This document shows, one piece after another, positions 36,375 through 47,468 of a stretch of DNA of 61,188 nucleotides. Location of the stretch: positions 1-61,188 of the forward strand of contig JAZREK010000067.1 of assembly GCA_045660765.1 (NCBI GenBank). The letters are read 5' to 3'. How positions within the stretch are numbered: position 1 is the stretch's first letter; each line of letters begins with the position of its first letter. The notes beneath the pieces are model-generated. The model was not told where the DNA came from and did no database searches. It saw only the letters and a program-made list of their open reading frames with translations. The position numbers and the translations under genes were made by a program. This DNA is from Clostridia bacterium. Lineage in GTDB: Bacteria; Bacillota; Clostridia; UMGS1883.

Positions 36375-38618
36375 ATGTTATGTTCACGATGCAACAAAAA
36401 CGTTGCTGTTATATTTGTAACCCGTATGGAAGGCGGAAAATCCATTAACGAAGGTCTTTGTATGCCGTGTGCAAGAGAGCTTGGCATAAACACCATGCAA
36501 CAAATGGCAGGCGGTCTTGATATGGGCGATATGGAAAACCTTGAATCGCAGATGATGGGTATGTTTGAAGAAATGGATATGGAAGACGGTGGCGAGGGCA
36601 ATCCCTTTGCAAGTTTCCTTTCAAACATTTTCGGCGGAGGCGCACCGAAAGCACAGGGCGAAGCTGAAGATAAAAAATCCGGTAAAAAAGACAAAAAACC
36701 TGACAAGAAGAAAAAGTTACTTGACACATACGGCGTAAACCTTACCGCAAAAGCAAAAAACGGCGAGGTTGATATGGTTGTAGGACGCGAGCGCGAGATT
36801 GAAAGACTCGTTCAGATATTAAACCGCCGCACAAAGAACAACCCTGCACTCCTTGGCGAACCCGGTGTTGGTAAGACCGCTATTGCAGAAGGATTTGCAG
36901 AAAGAATAGTGTCGGGTAATGTTCCCGAAAAGCTTTTGGACAAAGAGGTTTACCTTCTTGATTTTACCGCTATCGTGGCAGGAACACAGTACCGCGGTCA
37001 GTTTGAAGCGCGTCTTAAAGGAATAATAGAAGAAACAAAAAAACTCGGCAATATTATTTTAGTTATCGACGAGCTTCACAACATTGTCGGCGCAGGAGAT
37101 GCTGAAGGTGCGATGAGTGCCGCAAACATATTAAAACCTGCTCTTGCACGTGGGGAAATTCAGGTAATCGGTGCAACTACACTTTCGGAGTACAGAAAAT
37201 TCATCGAAAAAGATACGGCACTTGAAAGACGTTTTCAGACCGTTCTTGTAGAGGAGCCATCGCCCGAAGAAACCGTCGAGGTTCTTCGCGGCATAAAAAA
37301 ATATTATGAAGATTACCACAAGGTTAAAATTTCAGACGAGGTTATAAATACTGCCGTGAATTTATCACGCAGATATATTACCGACCGCTTCCTTCCCGAT
37401 AAGGCAATTGACCTTATCGACGAAGCAGGCAGTCGCGCAAATCTTAAAAACGCTATTTTGGTGCAGATTGCCCGCGTACAGAAAAACCTCGGTGAAGTCG
37501 AGGCACAGCTTGAAGAAGCCAACGCACCAAAAGAAGAAAGCGAAGAAAAAGATTACGAAAAACTCGCAACATTAAAGTCGCAGGAATGTGCGCTCGGCGA
37601 GGAGCTTGAAAATCTTAAATCCCAGCTTGCTGACGTAAGCCTTACCCCCGAGGATATTGCTTATGTAGTAGAGTCCTGGACAAAAATCCCCGTACAGAGA
37701 ATTACTCAGGCTGAAACAGAGCGTCTTTTAGGTCTTGAAGACAGACTTCATAAGAGGATTATCGGTCAGACAGAAGCCGTGAGCGCTGTAAGCCGTGCTA
37801 TCCGCAGGAATCGTGCTGCACTTTCAAAAAAGCTTCGTCCTGCAAGTTTCATCTTTGTTGGCCCGACAGGTGTAGGTAAAACTGAACTTGTAAAACAGCT
37901 TGCAATAGAGCTTTTTGACAGCGAAGATGCACTTATCCGAGTTGATATGACGGAATTTATGGAAAAGCATTCCGTTTCAAAACTTATTGGTTCGCCTCCC
38001 GGATATGTCGGTTATGATGATGCGGGACAGCTTACCGAAAAAGTCAGAAGAAAGCCGTATTGCGTAATTTTATTTGATGAAATTGAAAAGGCGCATCCCG
38101 ACGTTCTTAATATAATGCTTCAGATACTTGACGATGGCAGAGTTACCGATAGCCACGGCAAAGTCGTAAGTTTTGAAAATACCGTTATTGTTATGACAAG
38201 CAACGCCGGAAGTGACTGGAAAGGTAGCGGAATCGGTTTTGCCGAAAGCGTTTCCAAGCAAAACAAAGACAAGGTTCATCGCGCGCTCAAGAGCATATTC
38301 AGACCTGAATTTCTAAATCGTGTTGATGAAATTGTTGTATTTGACGAGCTTTCAAAAGAAGAAATGGAGAAAATCCTTGATATTATGCTTGGAGAACTTT
38401 CCGAAATGCTTGAAAGCAAAGGTATTACGCTCGATGTTTCAGATGATGCACGTGAAATGATAGTTACTGATGCTCTCGTCGAGCATCTTGGTGCAAGACC
38501 TCTCCGCCGACTTATCGGTCGCAAGATTGAGGATAAACTAGCAAACATTATAATCAGCGGTTCTTATAAGGACACTGTAAAAGTTACTACAAAAGATGGA
38601 GAGATAGTGTGTGATTAA
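36375..38618 (+). CDS. ATP-dependent Clp protease ATPase (ClpE/ClpC type, N-terminal zinc finger)
   Basis: MLCSRC...[21 protein letters not shown] and [11 protein letters not shown]; start reassigned to ATG 36375. Confidence 0.92.
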   Translation: MLCSRCNKNVAVIFVTRMEGGKSINEGLCMPCARELGINTMQQMAGGLDMGDMENLESQMMGMFEEMDMEDGGEGNPFASFLSNIFGGGAPKAQGEAEDKKSGKKDKKPDKKKKLLDTYGVNLTAKAKNGEVDMVVGREREIERLVQILNRRTKNNPALLGEPGVGKTAIAEGFAERIVSGNVPEKLLDKEVYLLDFTAIVAGTQYRGQFEARLKGIIEETKKLGNIILVIDELHNIVGAGDAEGAMSAANILKPALARGEIQVIGATTLSEYRKFIEKDTALERRFQTVLVEEPSPEETVEVLRGIKKYYEDYHKVKISDEVINTAVNLSRRYITDRFLPDKAIDLIDEAGSRANLKNAILVQIARVQKNLGEVEAQLEEANAPKEESEEKDYEKLATLKSQECALGEELENLKSQLADVSLTPEDIAYVVESWTKIPVQRITQAETERLLGLEDRLHKRIIGQTEAVSAVSRAIRRNRAALSKKLRPASFIFVGPTGVGKTELVKQLAIELFDSEDALIRVDMTEFMEKHSVSKLIGSPPGYVGYDDAGQLTEKVRRKPYCVILFDEIEKAHPDVLNIMLQILDDGRVTDSHGKVVSFENTVIVMTSNAGSDWKGSGIGFAESVSKQNKDKVHRALKSIFRPEFLNRVDEIVVFDELSKEEMEKILDIMLGELSEMLESKGITLDVSDDAREMIVTDALVEHLGARPLRRLIGRKIEDKLANIIISGSYKDTVKVTTKDGEIVCD

Positions 38619-39540
38619 AAGAATGGTTTTTCTGTACCACACACAGAAAAACAAGGAAGATTTATTACAATATGAACGTGTTATGCGCGCACTTTTACGA
38701 AAATTCAGGAAAAGTCCTTTATTTTCGTATCTGCAGATTGATACTTCGCTTCCTTGTCGCGACAGGATGTGCGAACTGATACAAAACGAGGTTTCTCGTC
38801 GCGGAGCAATTTTTATCGAAAGCGACGCTCAAAGTATTCCCGCATCTATGAATCTGCTTGAATCCGCGCTTGGAATTCAGGCTTCGGCACACTTTGTTTC
38901 AGGTCGTGCAATTTGCTACGCCGAGCAAAGTTGCGTTGCAGATATTAGTGAAAGCACTGTTTCCTACACAAATACATTCAAAAAAGAGGACGTTAAAAAA
39001 GCAACCTCGATTGCTATTGAAACTGCAAAGAAAAGAAAACGTTCTTTGTCAATATGCCTGAATGGTTCAAATGCGCTTGACCACGCGTTCCTTTGCGAGG
39101 CAGAAACTGTTTTGAGCAAGGAAAAGCATATTAAATCAGAATTTATTTCTCTTGACGAAATGATTTTGCTATGTCTTAAGACAGTTCCCGAGTTTGATGT
39201 CGTGCTGACAATGAAAGATTACGCATCTTTTATTTCAATGCACCTTAACCCGATGCCCGAAACGCCTTCGGGATATATAGTAAGTTATGGTGAAAAACGC
39301 AGGGTGTATCGCAGGCAGATTCTTCCGAACGAAGAAACAGGCAATCTTCACCACCTTTCTTCACTTTTATCGTTAGCGGCAGTTTTTGAAAATGAATTTG
39401 AGATGAAAAGCGCGGCAGACTGGTTCAGGAGAGCGATTTCTCTTGCTTTCTTAAAATCAGCCTCGGATTCTTTTGAAAATTTCATCTCTGAAGTTATAAA
39501 AGAAATTAAAATGCCTATCCGAAAACGAAGGACGGAATAA
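38611..39540 (+). CDS. Divergent isocitrate/isopropylmalate dehydrogenase-fold protein, probably inactive
   Basis: AIETAKKRKRSL, LDEMILLCLKTVPEFDVVLT and LSSLLSLAAVF align by eye with LeuB segments, but the catalytic motifs are degenerate. Confidence 0.55.
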   Translation: MIKRMVFLYHTQKNKEDLLQYERVMRALLRKFRKSPLFSYLQIDTSLPCRDRMCELIQNEVSRRGAIFIESDAQSIPASMNLLESALGIQASAHFVSGRAICYAEQSCVADISESTVSYTNTFKKEDVKKATSIAIETAKKRKRSLSICLNGSNALDHAFLCEAETVLSKEKHIKSEFISLDEMILLCLKTVPEFDVVLTMKDYASFISMHLNPMPETPSGYIVSYGEKRRVYRRQILPNEETGNLHHLSSLLSLAAVFENEFEMKSAADWFRRAISLAFLKSASDSFENFISEVIKEIKMPIRKRRTE

Positions 39541-39541
39541 T

Positions 39542-40357
39542 ATGAAAATTAAAATTAAAGATTTTGTCCCCGAACACACTTTCCTTTGCGGGCAATGCTT
39601 CCGTTGGGAAAAAGAGTCTGACGGAAGTTTCATAGGAATTGCAAACGGACAGGTTGTCAGGATAAAATCAGACGGAGACGACACTTTTATCGAGGGAATA
39701 ACCAAAGAAGATTATGAATCTTTCTGGGAAAAGTACCTTGATATAAAACGCGACTACTCTGCTATAAAAAAAGCAATAAACATAAACGAAACAATGAACA
39801 AATCAATACAATTCGGGTACGGAATAAGAATACTTCGTCAGGAATTTTTCGAAACACTTGTTTCATTTATAATATCACAGCGCAGTTCAATTCCGAAGAT
39901 AAAAAGCTGTGTCAACAAGCTGTGTGAACTTTATGGAAGCGAGATAGAGTTTGAAGGCAGAAAATACTACGCCTTCCCCACTCCCGAAAAATTAGCCACT
40001 GTCTCCGAAGACGATTTGCGTGCAATTGGTGTCGGGTATCGTGCTCCGTACATCTTAAAAGCTGCAAATGCGGTTTTAAAGGGCGAAATTGTTGCTTCGG
40101 AACTGGAACATTCCGATACTCAGGCAGCGCGCGAAAAGCTTTTATCCCTTTACGGCGTTGGCGACAAGGTTTGCGATTGTGTACTGCTTTTTTCACTTGG
40201 CAAATACGACCTCTTTCCTTCTGACGTGTGGATAAAACGCGTTATGGCGGAAGAATTCAATTCCCTTGACGCAAAAAAATCAGGAGAAGACGAATTTGGT
40301 CTTTACAGCGGTTTTGCGCAACAATATCTTTTCTATTGGAGGAAATACAATGTTTAA
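39542..40357 (+). CDS. 8-oxoguanine DNA glycosylase (OGG1-like)
   Basis: CGQCFRW, GIRILRQ, FIISQ, GVGDKVCDCVLLF and AQQYLF. Confidence 0.9.
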   Translation: MKIKIKDFVPEHTFLCGQCFRWEKESDGSFIGIANGQVVRIKSDGDDTFIEGITKEDYESFWEKYLDIKRDYSAIKKAININETMNKSIQFGYGIRILRQEFFETLVSFIISQRSSIPKIKSCVNKLCELYGSEIEFEGRKYYAFPTPEKLATVSEDDLRAIGVGYRAPYILKAANAVLKGEIVASELEHSDTQAAREKLLSLYGVGDKVCDCVLLFSLGKYDLFPSDVWIKRVMAEEFNSLDAKKSGEDEFGLYSGFAQQYLFYWRKYNV

Positions 40358-40838
40358 GAATTTTTACGCAGATGCGTATTTTGACAAAATAACGGATGTT
40401 TCTCCTGAATATCTCAAAGAGAGAGGTATTCGCGGAATTATCCTTGATATTGACAACACTCTTATCGGTCATAACGTTCCCATCCCCGACGATAAAGTTC
40501 TTGCACATTTAAGGCTTTTTGAGTCCGAGGGGTTTAAGCTTTGTGTCGTTTCAAACAACGAATACGACAGAGTAAAAAACTTTGCCGAAAAGATTGAGGT
40601 TGAGTATTTTGTGCACAAGGCATTAAAGCCACGCGCACTCGGGTATAACCTTGCTTCAAAGGAAATGAGTCTTCCCGCAAATGAAATTGCCGCTATCGGT
40701 GATCAGATTTTCACAGACGTATGGGGCGCAAGAAGAGCAGGTTGTTTTGCAATTCTGACAAAACCGCTTCATACAGGTGGCGAAGGCTTCTTTATAGCAC
40801 TTAAAAGAATTTTGGAAAAGCCATTTTTAAGAAAGTGA
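40350..40838 (+). CDS. yqeG: YqeG family HAD IIIA phosphatase
   Basis: LDIDNTL, VSNN, ALKP and IGDQIFTDVWG; start ATG 40350. Confidence 0.9.
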   Translation: MFKNFYADAYFDKITDVSPEYLKERGIRGIILDIDNTLIGHNVPIPDDKVLAHLRLFESEGFKLCVVSNNEYDRVKNFAEKIEVEYFVHKALKPRALGYNLASKEMSLPANEIAAIGDQIFTDVWGARRAGCFAILTKPLHTGGEGFFIALKRILEKPFLRK

Positions 40839-40846
40839 GGGTATTT

Positions 40847-42829
40847 ATGAAAAAGTTTTTAGCAATTTTTTCGTTTGTTCTGATTCTTCTCGCATTTTCA
40901 GTATCTGCTTACGCTATTGATGTTGTAGTAGATGGCGTAAAAGTTAATTTCGACGCTTCTTCGGGTGCTCCTTTTATTGAAAACGGACGTACACTCGTAC
41001 CTCTTCGTGCCTCTATGGAGGCGCTCGGCGCAGAAGTTACGTGGGACAGCGAGCAAAGATGTGCCATCGTAAAAAAAGGCCCGACAACAGTTGTGTGCTA
41101 TATTGACGAGGCGTGCATTTACAGAAACGGAACAAAAATCCAAAACGATGCCGCTGCGCAGATAAAAGATTCCCGTACATATCTCCCCATAAGAGCTGTT
41201 GCCGAAGCTTTTGATGCAACAGTATCTTGGGATGGCAATGTTTTAATTTCAACAAGCGCTGCAGGAAATCTTGTTTATTCAATTGAAAACAGCGGTAAGC
41301 ACGTATCAAATGTGTGGAAAAAGTGGGAAGCTGCACTTGCAACAAAGAAAAACGGAAAATATCAGAGTGCCATTGATCAGTTCATAGAACTTGCTCCCGA
41401 TTTCCTTGCAAAGCATGACTCTAACAGCGATGCTATGCTTTACAAACACCTTGGTGAATGTTACAGTGCTCTTGGCAAAAACGAAGAAGCTGCCGCTTGT
41501 TTCAAGCGCGAGGCTTATTATTGGACTCTTGCAGGCAAAGAGCAGGAAACAATTGATGCTACAAGACGTGGAACTCTTATAAATTCGTCTGTTCAGATGT
41601 ATGCAAAGACATACAATGACAATTACAAGACAAGAAAAGATTTCGGCGAGATGTACGAACCTGCAAACGGTCTTTATATCGGAGCTTATGCAGAAGGAGA
41701 CAGCGCCGTTCACAATCCCTGGTCGATGGACAAGTTCTATATGAACGAATTCCCCAAACTTGTAGATCGTGATATGTCGGCATATCTTCTTTATATGCCG
41801 AGCACCACTCCCCTTTCAAATTATCAGAGCCATATAAATATCGCCATTCAGAAAAATAAGATTATTCAACTTGCAGTTGAACCTGTGAATTTCTTCCAGA
41901 TTCAGCCAAACGATCCGACTTACATAAAGCTTGCGCAGGATATGGAGCAAAGCGAAGCAAAATTCTTTTTACGTTTCGCGTGCGAAATGAACGACAATTC
42001 TTGTCCATGGTACACAACTGATTATAATCTTTATATCGAAAAATTCAGAATTGTTGCAGATATTTTCCACACCTATGCTCCTTCTGTCCCCGTTGTGTGG
42101 TCGCCTAACTTCTATCCGGCAAACAATATGCACCTTTACTATCCCGGTGATGCATATGTTGACTACGTAGGAATTTCATCATATATGAATCATCAGCCTG
42201 AAACCGATCCTCTCGGCAAAGGTGTTGACAGAAACCGTTGGAGCGAGCAGCTTGATACTATCGTAAGTCTTTACGGACATAAAAAGCCTATTATCATATC
42301 CGAGGGTGGTGCTTCATACATTGACTATACCACTTGGAAGGATATTACCCCGTTTGCTTCAACACAGCTTTACGATTTTTACACATACCTTCCGATTAAG
42401 TACCCGCAGGTAAAAGCCGTATTCATTTTCGATCAGGATAAGAACTCGAACAATGGTTGTTACAGATTCTCGCTTTCAAACAATGCGCAGTATCTTGACG
42501 CTTTCAAGCGTGGAACACGAAGCGAGCAGTATCTTGCTACTCCCGATGAATATGCAAATCTTCCGCAGTATTATGAACTTGGAACAAACGTATCGGTAGA
42601 GCCGAAGGTTGTTGAAATTTCTTCGTTCATCAAAACACCTGCGAACGATACAAGCCACGTAATATACAGTATTTACGGTACTGATATTGCTACATCGTAT
42701 GGTATTCCTTATAGTGTGAATATTGATTTTGCGTACTATTCCGGAACTACCGTTCCGCTTAAGGCTACAGCTTATAACGCTGCCGGATATAAAGTAGCGG
42801 AAAAGACATACTATATAAAGGTAGACTGA
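40847..42829 (+). CDS. Secreted stalk domain + TPR-like + GH26-like glycoside hydrolase
   Basis: Signal peptide; GRTLVPLR and RTYLPIRAVAE stalk motifs; LRFACEMN, WSPN, YYPGDAYVDYVG and IIISEGG. Confidence 0.8.
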   Translation: MKKFLAIFSFVLILLAFSVSAYAIDVVVDGVKVNFDASSGAPFIENGRTLVPLRASMEALGAEVTWDSEQRCAIVKKGPTTVVCYIDEACIYRNGTKIQNDAAAQIKDSRTYLPIRAVAEAFDATVSWDGNVLISTSAAGNLVYSIENSGKHVSNVWKKWEAALATKKNGKYQSAIDQFIELAPDFLAKHDSNSDAMLYKHLGECYSALGKNEEAAACFKREAYYWTLAGKEQETIDATRRGTLINSSVQMYAKTYNDNYKTRKDFGEMYEPANGLYIGAYAEGDSAVHNPWSMDKFYMNEFPKLVDRDMSAYLLYMPSTTPLSNYQSHINIAIQKNKIIQLAVEPVNFFQIQPNDPTYIKLAQDMEQSEAKFFLRFACEMNDNSCPWYTTDYNLYIEKFRIVADIFHTYAPSVPVVWSPNFYPANNMHLYYPGDAYVDYVGISSYMNHQPETDPLGKGVDRNRWSEQLDTIVSLYGHKKPIIISEGGASYIDYTTWKDITPFASTQLYDFYTYLPIKYPQVKAVFIFDQDKNSNNGCYRFSLSNNAQYLDAFKRGTRSEQYLATPDEYANLPQYYELGTNVSVEPKVVEISSFIKTPANDTSHVIYSIYGTDIATSYGIPYSVNIDFAYYSGTTVPLKATAYNAAGYKVAEKTYYIKVD

Positions 42830-42899
42830 TTTCTAATATTTTCAAAAAAATACTTGCATTATGCAATATATAATGATATAATACGCTTGACGAAACAAA

Positions 42900-42926
42900 G
42901 GAGTGGGTTGCAAAACCCGCTCTTTT
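42900..42926 (+). promoter_or_regulatory. rimP leader hairpin
   Basis: GAGTGGGTTGCAAAACCCGCTCTTT, matching the GAGTGGG...CCCRCTC hairpin commonly seen upstream of rimP in Bacillota; a TTGCAT...TATATA promoter-like sequence lies upstream. Confidence 0.6.
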
Positions 42927-42950
42927 GCATTATATGAAAGGGTTGATAGC

Positions 42951-43406
42951 TTGGCTAAGATTGACGAAGCACTTGAAAAAATTGCCGCGGATGTCTGCGA
43001 AAGACACGGTGTATACGTTTACAACACCGAGTACAAAAAAGAAGGCAGCGAATACTATTTGCGCCTTTATATTGACAAAGACGGCGGCGTAACCATTGAG
43101 GACTGCGAAAATGTAAGCCGTGAAATCAGTCCCATGCTCGATGATTTGACTTTCATTAAGGAAGCATACATCTTCGAGGTATCCTCCCCCGGCATTGACC
43201 GAGCACTTACTCGTGACTGGCATTTTGAGAAAGTTATGGGAGAGGATATTGACATCAAACTGTTTGCCCCAATCGACGGAATGAAAGAAATTTCAGGAAA
43301 ACTTACAAAGTATGAAGACGGCGCAATAACAGTTGTTGTTAATGACAAAGAGATTATAATTGAAAAAGGTAAGGCGGCTTCAGTTCGTCTTGCATTTACA
43401 TTTTGA
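42951..43406 (+). CDS. rimP: Ribosome maturation factor RimP
   Basis: LRLYIDK..GVTIEDCE..EVSSPGIDR; TTG start. Confidence 0.93.
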   Translation: MAKIDEALEKIAADVCERHGVYVYNTEYKKEGSEYYLRLYIDKDGGVTIEDCENVSREISPMLDDLTFIKEAYIFEVSSPGIDRALTRDWHFEKVMGEDIDIKLFAPIDGMKEISGKLTKYEDGAITVVVNDKEIIIEKGKAASVRLAFTF

Positions 43407-43425
43407 TAGGAGTGTTTAAGAAAAA

Positions 43426-44472
43426 ATGAACAAAGAACTTATACTCGCACTTGAAGCACTTGAACAGGAAAAGCGCATCAAAAAAGAAGTTATGTTTGAA
43501 GCTCTTGAAGCAGCTCTTGTTACTGCTTACAAAAAGAACTTCGGCAGCGGTTACAACTGTTTCGCAGAGGTTAACCGTGAAACAGGCGATATGCGTGTTT
43601 ACTGTTCAAAGACAGTAGTTGAAGAAGTTGAAGACCCCTGCATCGAAATCACACTTGAAGAAGCACACTCAGTTAACAAGCGCTATAAAATCGGCGATGT
43701 TGTTGATTTTGAAGCTTCTCCTGCAAAGTTCGGCAGAATTGCAGCACAGACTGCAAAGCAGATGGTTGTTCAGAAAATCCGTGAAGCAGAACGCGGAAAT
43801 ATGTATGACGAATACAGTGATAAAGAAAACGATGTTATGAGTGGTAAGGTTGAAAAGCTTGACCGCAGAGGTATTATGATTGACCTCGGTACAGCAGAAG
43901 CTCTCCTTGCTCCTTCAGAACAGATTCCCGGTGAAGATTACACTCCCGGTAAGAGACTTAAGGTATATGTATTTGAAGTTAAAAAGACTACAAAGAGTGT
44001 AAACCTTAACGTATCAAGAACACATCCCGGTCTTGTTAAGAAGCTTTTTGAACAGGAAGTTCCCGAAATTGCTGACGGAACTGTTGAAATAAAGAGCATC
44101 GCTCGTGAAGCAGGTAGCCGTAGCAAGCTTGCCGTATATTCTGAAAACCCCAATGTTGACCCTGTTGGTGCATGCGTTGGTCAGAGAGGTATCCGTGTAG
44201 CAGGCATCGTACAGGAGCTTAACGACGAAAAGATTGATGTTATACAGTACAGCGAAGATCCCGCAGAATACATCAGTGCAGCTCTTAACCCCGCAAAGGT
44301 TGTAAGTGTTGAAATCGACGAAAAGAACAAATCAGCACTTGTAACTGTTCCCGAATTCCAGCTTTCTCTTGCTATCGGTAAGGAAGGTCAGGACGCTCGC
44401 CTTGCGGCAAGACTTACAGGTTGGAAGATTGATATTAAGAGCGATAAAAACGCAGAGGAGATTGAAGGATAA
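43426..44472 (+). CDS. nusA: Transcription termination factor NusA
   Basis: FGRIAAQTAKQ, AREAGSRSK and LAIGKEGQ. Confidence 0.97.
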   Translation: MNKELILALEALEQEKRIKKEVMFEALEAALVTAYKKNFGSGYNCFAEVNRETGDMRVYCSKTVVEEVEDPCIEITLEEAHSVNKRYKIGDVVDFEASPAKFGRIAAQTAKQMVVQKIREAERGNMYDEYSDKENDVMSGKVEKLDRRGIMIDLGTAEALLAPSEQIPGEDYTPGKRLKVYVFEVKKTTKSVNLNVSRTHPGLVKKLFEQEVPEIADGTVEIKSIAREAGSRSKLAVYSENPNVDPVGACVGQRGIRVAGIVQELNDEKIDVIQYSEDPAEYISAALNPAKVVSVEIDEKNKSALVTVPEFQLSLAIGKEGQDARLAARLTGWKIDIKSDKNAEEIEG

Positions 44473-44720
44473 TGTCTACTCCCCTTCGAATGTGCGTTGT
44501 ATGCAGACAAATGAAGGAAAAAGCCGAGCTTTTACGAGTAGTAAAAAACGATAACGGTTTTTCTGTTGACCCGATGGGTAAAGCTCAGGGTCGCGGTGCA
44601 TACATATGCAAAGCTGGCGATTGCTGTGAAAAATTTGAGAAACAGCGTTCGTTTGAACGTGCCTTTCGCTGCACGCTCGGGCAAGATGTAAAAGAAGCCA
44701 TTAAAAAGGAATTGATTTAA
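44472..44720 (+). CDS. ylxR: YlxR/RnpM RNA-binding protein
   Basis: PLRMCVVCR and GRGAYIC; operon position. Confidence 0.92.
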   Translation: MSTPLRMCVVCRQMKEKAELLRVVKNDNGFSVDPMGKAQGRGAYICKAGDCCEKFEKQRSFERAFRCTLGQDVKEAIKKELI

Positions 44721-45040
44721 TGAACGATAAAGTACTTGGAATGATAGGATTGGCAGTACGCGCAGGCAAAGTTGCCTTCGGCGTATTTTTGACGGAAAAA
44801 GCTCTCGACGAAGGCAGAGCATGTCTTGTCATCGCATCGGAAGATATTGGTGCGAGCAACCGTCGCAAAATAGAAGGAAAATGCCACAGTTACGATACTG
44901 ATTTGGTGTTTTATTCCGACAAAGCGTCACTCAGCCGTGCTCTCGGCAAAAAAGATGTTCCCGTAGTTGCAGTTTGTGACGAAGGATTCGCCAAAGCTAT
45001 CTTAACTAAGTTAGCATCAGTAAAGCCCGAAACACACTAA
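44720..45040 (+). CDS. ylxQ: L7Ae-family protein YlxQ
   Basis: LGMIGLAVRAGK and LSRALGK; operon position. Confidence 0.88.
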   Translation: MNDKVLGMIGLAVRAGKVAFGVFLTEKALDEGRACLVIASEDIGASNRRKIEGKCHSYDTDLVFYSDKASLSRALGKKDVPVVAVCDEGFAKAILTKLASVKPETH

Positions 45041-45061
45041 ATTATACGGAGGTGCCAATAA

Positions 45062-47335
45062 ATGATTGCAAAACAGAAAATCAGCGCAATAGCAAAAGAT
45101 ATAAACATTCCCGGCAAGGAAATCGTTAAAATGCTTGCAGACGTAGCAGGTATTACAAAAAGCACTGCTGCTTCTCTTGATGTAGAGGAAATGAGTCTTG
45201 TAATGGAATATTACACACAGAAATTCGATGACGGCACAAGCATCGAAGAATATGTTGAATCACAGATGCAGAAGGTTCAGGCTGAAAAAGAAGCTGAAGC
45301 AGAAAAAGCTCCCAAGGTTACTGAAATTCCCGTTGAAGAAACTATCAGCGAGGATATTCCTACACAGAAAACTGTACGTTACGTTGACACACGTTCAAAC
45401 GCAGTTGACCTTGATATGCAGCTTGCAAAGGAAAAGGCAGAAGAGCTTGCTCCCGAAATAAAGGACACTGAAACTAACAAACAGCGTCTTAAGAAAAACA
45501 AAAACAAGCAGCAGCCCCAGAAGAAAAATCAGCCCAAGCAGCCTGAAATGCCCAAACCCAAGAAGGAAGAAAAGAAAGAACCCCTTCATGTTGTTATTCC
45601 CGACACAATTACTGTCGGTGACCTTGCACAGAAGCTTAAGGTTGGTGCTACTGAAATTATCAAACGCCTTATGCAGCTTGGTATTATGGCGGCTATCACA
45701 CAGGATATTGAATACGATGTAGCGGCTCTCGTTGCTGAAGATATGGGTGCGGAAGTTGAAAGAGAAATCATCGTTACTGAGGAAGATAAGCTCCTCAGCG
45801 ATTTCGAAATTCCCGATGAAGAAAAAGACCTTCTTCCCCGTCCTCCCGTTGTCTGCGTAATGGGTCACGTTGACCATGGTAAGACAAGTCTTCTTGACGC
45901 AATCCGCTCTACAAACGTTACTGCAAGCGAAGCAGGCGGTATCACACAGCATATCGGTGCTTACATGGTAAATGTAAACGGCAATCAGATTGCGTTCTTG
46001 GATACTCCCGGTCACGAAGCGTTCACTGCAATGCGTGCACGTGGTGCTCTTGTAACAGATATTGCAATCCTCGTTGTTGCGGCAGACGATGGTATCATGC
46101 CTCAGACAATCGAAGCTATCAACCACGCAAAAGCTGCTGAAGTAAGCATTATCGTTGCAATCAACAAGATTGATAAAGACGGCGCTAATCCTGACAGAGT
46201 TAAGCAGGAACTTACAGAGCACGGCCTTGTTCCCGAAGAATGGGGTGGCGATGTAATCTGTGTTGAAGTTAGTGCTAAACAGCGTATGAATATAGATTCA
46301 CTTCTTGAAATGGTACTCCTTACTGCAGAAGTTAAGGAACTTAAGGCTAACCCCAACCGCCATGCAAGAGGTACAGTTATCGAAGCTAAACTTGACAAGG
46401 GTCGCGGTCCTGTTGCAACCGTTCTTGTACAGAACGGTACTCTTCGTCAGGGCGACATCATCGTAACAGGTACAGCTGTTGGTCGTGTAAGAGCAATGGT
46501 TGATGACCATGGTAAGAAGATTAAAGAGGCACTTCCCTCAACACCTGTTGAGATTGTAGGTCTCAGTGAAACTCCCGACGGTGGCGATCCCTTCTTCGTA
46601 GTAGAAGATGAGCGTGCCGCTCGTAATGTTGTTGAAGCAAGAAAGCAGAAGATTAAAGACGAGGCTAACAAGGCTAGACAGCGCGTTAACCTTGAAGACC
46701 TCTTCAGCCAGATTCAACAGGGTGACGTTAAGGATCTTAACATCATCGTTAAGGCAGACGTTCAGGGTAGTGTTGAAGCCGTAAGACAGAGTCTTGAAAA
46801 AATTTCAAACGAAGAAGTACGCGTTCGCGTTATCCACGGTGCAGTTGGTGCTATTACTGAAAGTGACGTTACACTTGCATCTGCATCAAATGCAATTATC
46901 GTAGGTTTCAACGTTCGTCCCGACGTTGGTGGTAGAAATGCTGCTGAACTCAACAAGGTTGATATGCGTATGTACCGCGTAATTTACGAAGCTATCGAAG
47001 AAATCGAAGCTGCTATGAAGGGTATGCTTGCTCCTACATTCCGCGAAGCGGTTATTGGTCATGCGGAAATCCGTCAGACATTTAAGGTTAGCGGTGTAGG
47101 TACAATCGGTGGTTGTTACGTTACAGACGGTAAGATTCAGCGTAACTGCAGCGTAAGAATCGTTCGTGACGGTATCGTTATCCACGAAGGCGAACTTGAT
47201 TCACTTAAGCGTTTCAAGGACGACGTTAAGGAAGTTGCAAGCGGCTACGAATGTGGTATGGGCTTCGTACGTTTCAACGACATCAAAGAAGGCGACGTAG
47301 TAGAATGCTACATTATGGAAGAAGTAAAGAGATAA
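45062..47335 (+). CDS. infB: Translation initiation factor IF-2
   Basis: [25 protein letters not shown] and [11 protein letters not shown]. Confidence 0.98.
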   Translation: MIAKQKISAIAKDINIPGKEIVKMLADVAGITKSTAASLDVEEMSLVMEYYTQKFDDGTSIEEYVESQMQKVQAEKEAEAEKAPKVTEIPVEETISEDIPTQKTVRYVDTRSNAVDLDMQLAKEKAEELAPEIKDTETNKQRLKKNKNKQQPQKKNQPKQPEMPKPKKEEKKEPLHVVIPDTITVGDLAQKLKVGATEIIKRLMQLGIMAAITQDIEYDVAALVAEDMGAEVEREIIVTEEDKLLSDFEIPDEEKDLLPRPPVVCVMGHVDHGKTSLLDAIRSTNVTASEAGGITQHIGAYMVNVNGNQIAFLDTPGHEAFTAMRARGALVTDIAILVVAADDGIMPQTIEAINHAKAAEVSIIVAINKIDKDGANPDRVKQELTEHGLVPEEWGGDVICVEVSAKQRMNIDSLLEMVLLTAEVKELKANPNRHARGTVIEAKLDKGRGPVATVLVQNGTLRQGDIIVTGTAVGRVRAMVDDHGKKIKEALPSTPVEIVGLSETPDGGDPFFVVEDERAARNVVEARKQKIKDEANKARQRVNLEDLFSQIQQGDVKDLNIIVKADVQGSVEAVRQSLEKISNEEVRVRVIHGAVGAITESDVTLASASNAIIVGFNVRPDVGGRNAAELNKVDMRMYRVIYEAIEEIEAAMKGMLAPTFREAVIGHAEIRQTFKVSGVGTIGGCYVTDGKIQRNCSVRIVRDGIVIHEGELDSLKRFKDDVKEVASGYECGMGFVRFNDIKEGDVVECYIMEEVKR

Positions 47336-47468
47336 GTCGAATGAGAAATTTCCTTTTGGAAACATTCTCATTCGAGAGAAGGGCTTACGCTCGCGCGGTG
47401 CTCACCGCACCAGCCCTTGCAAGGAGCCTAATGCGAGGTACACGCCCTCGTATTAGGCGATTTTTGTA

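Noticed and set aside
44380-44400. NusA GQD instead of the usual GQN
   Set aside because: A single conservative substitution that cannot be interpreted without an alignment.
45395-46222. Long antisense ORFs (e.g. 275 aa opposite infB; also 57057..57833, 7018..7653, 17464..18096)
   Set aside because: Explained by codon bias of the sense genes; no RBS or recognisable motifs.
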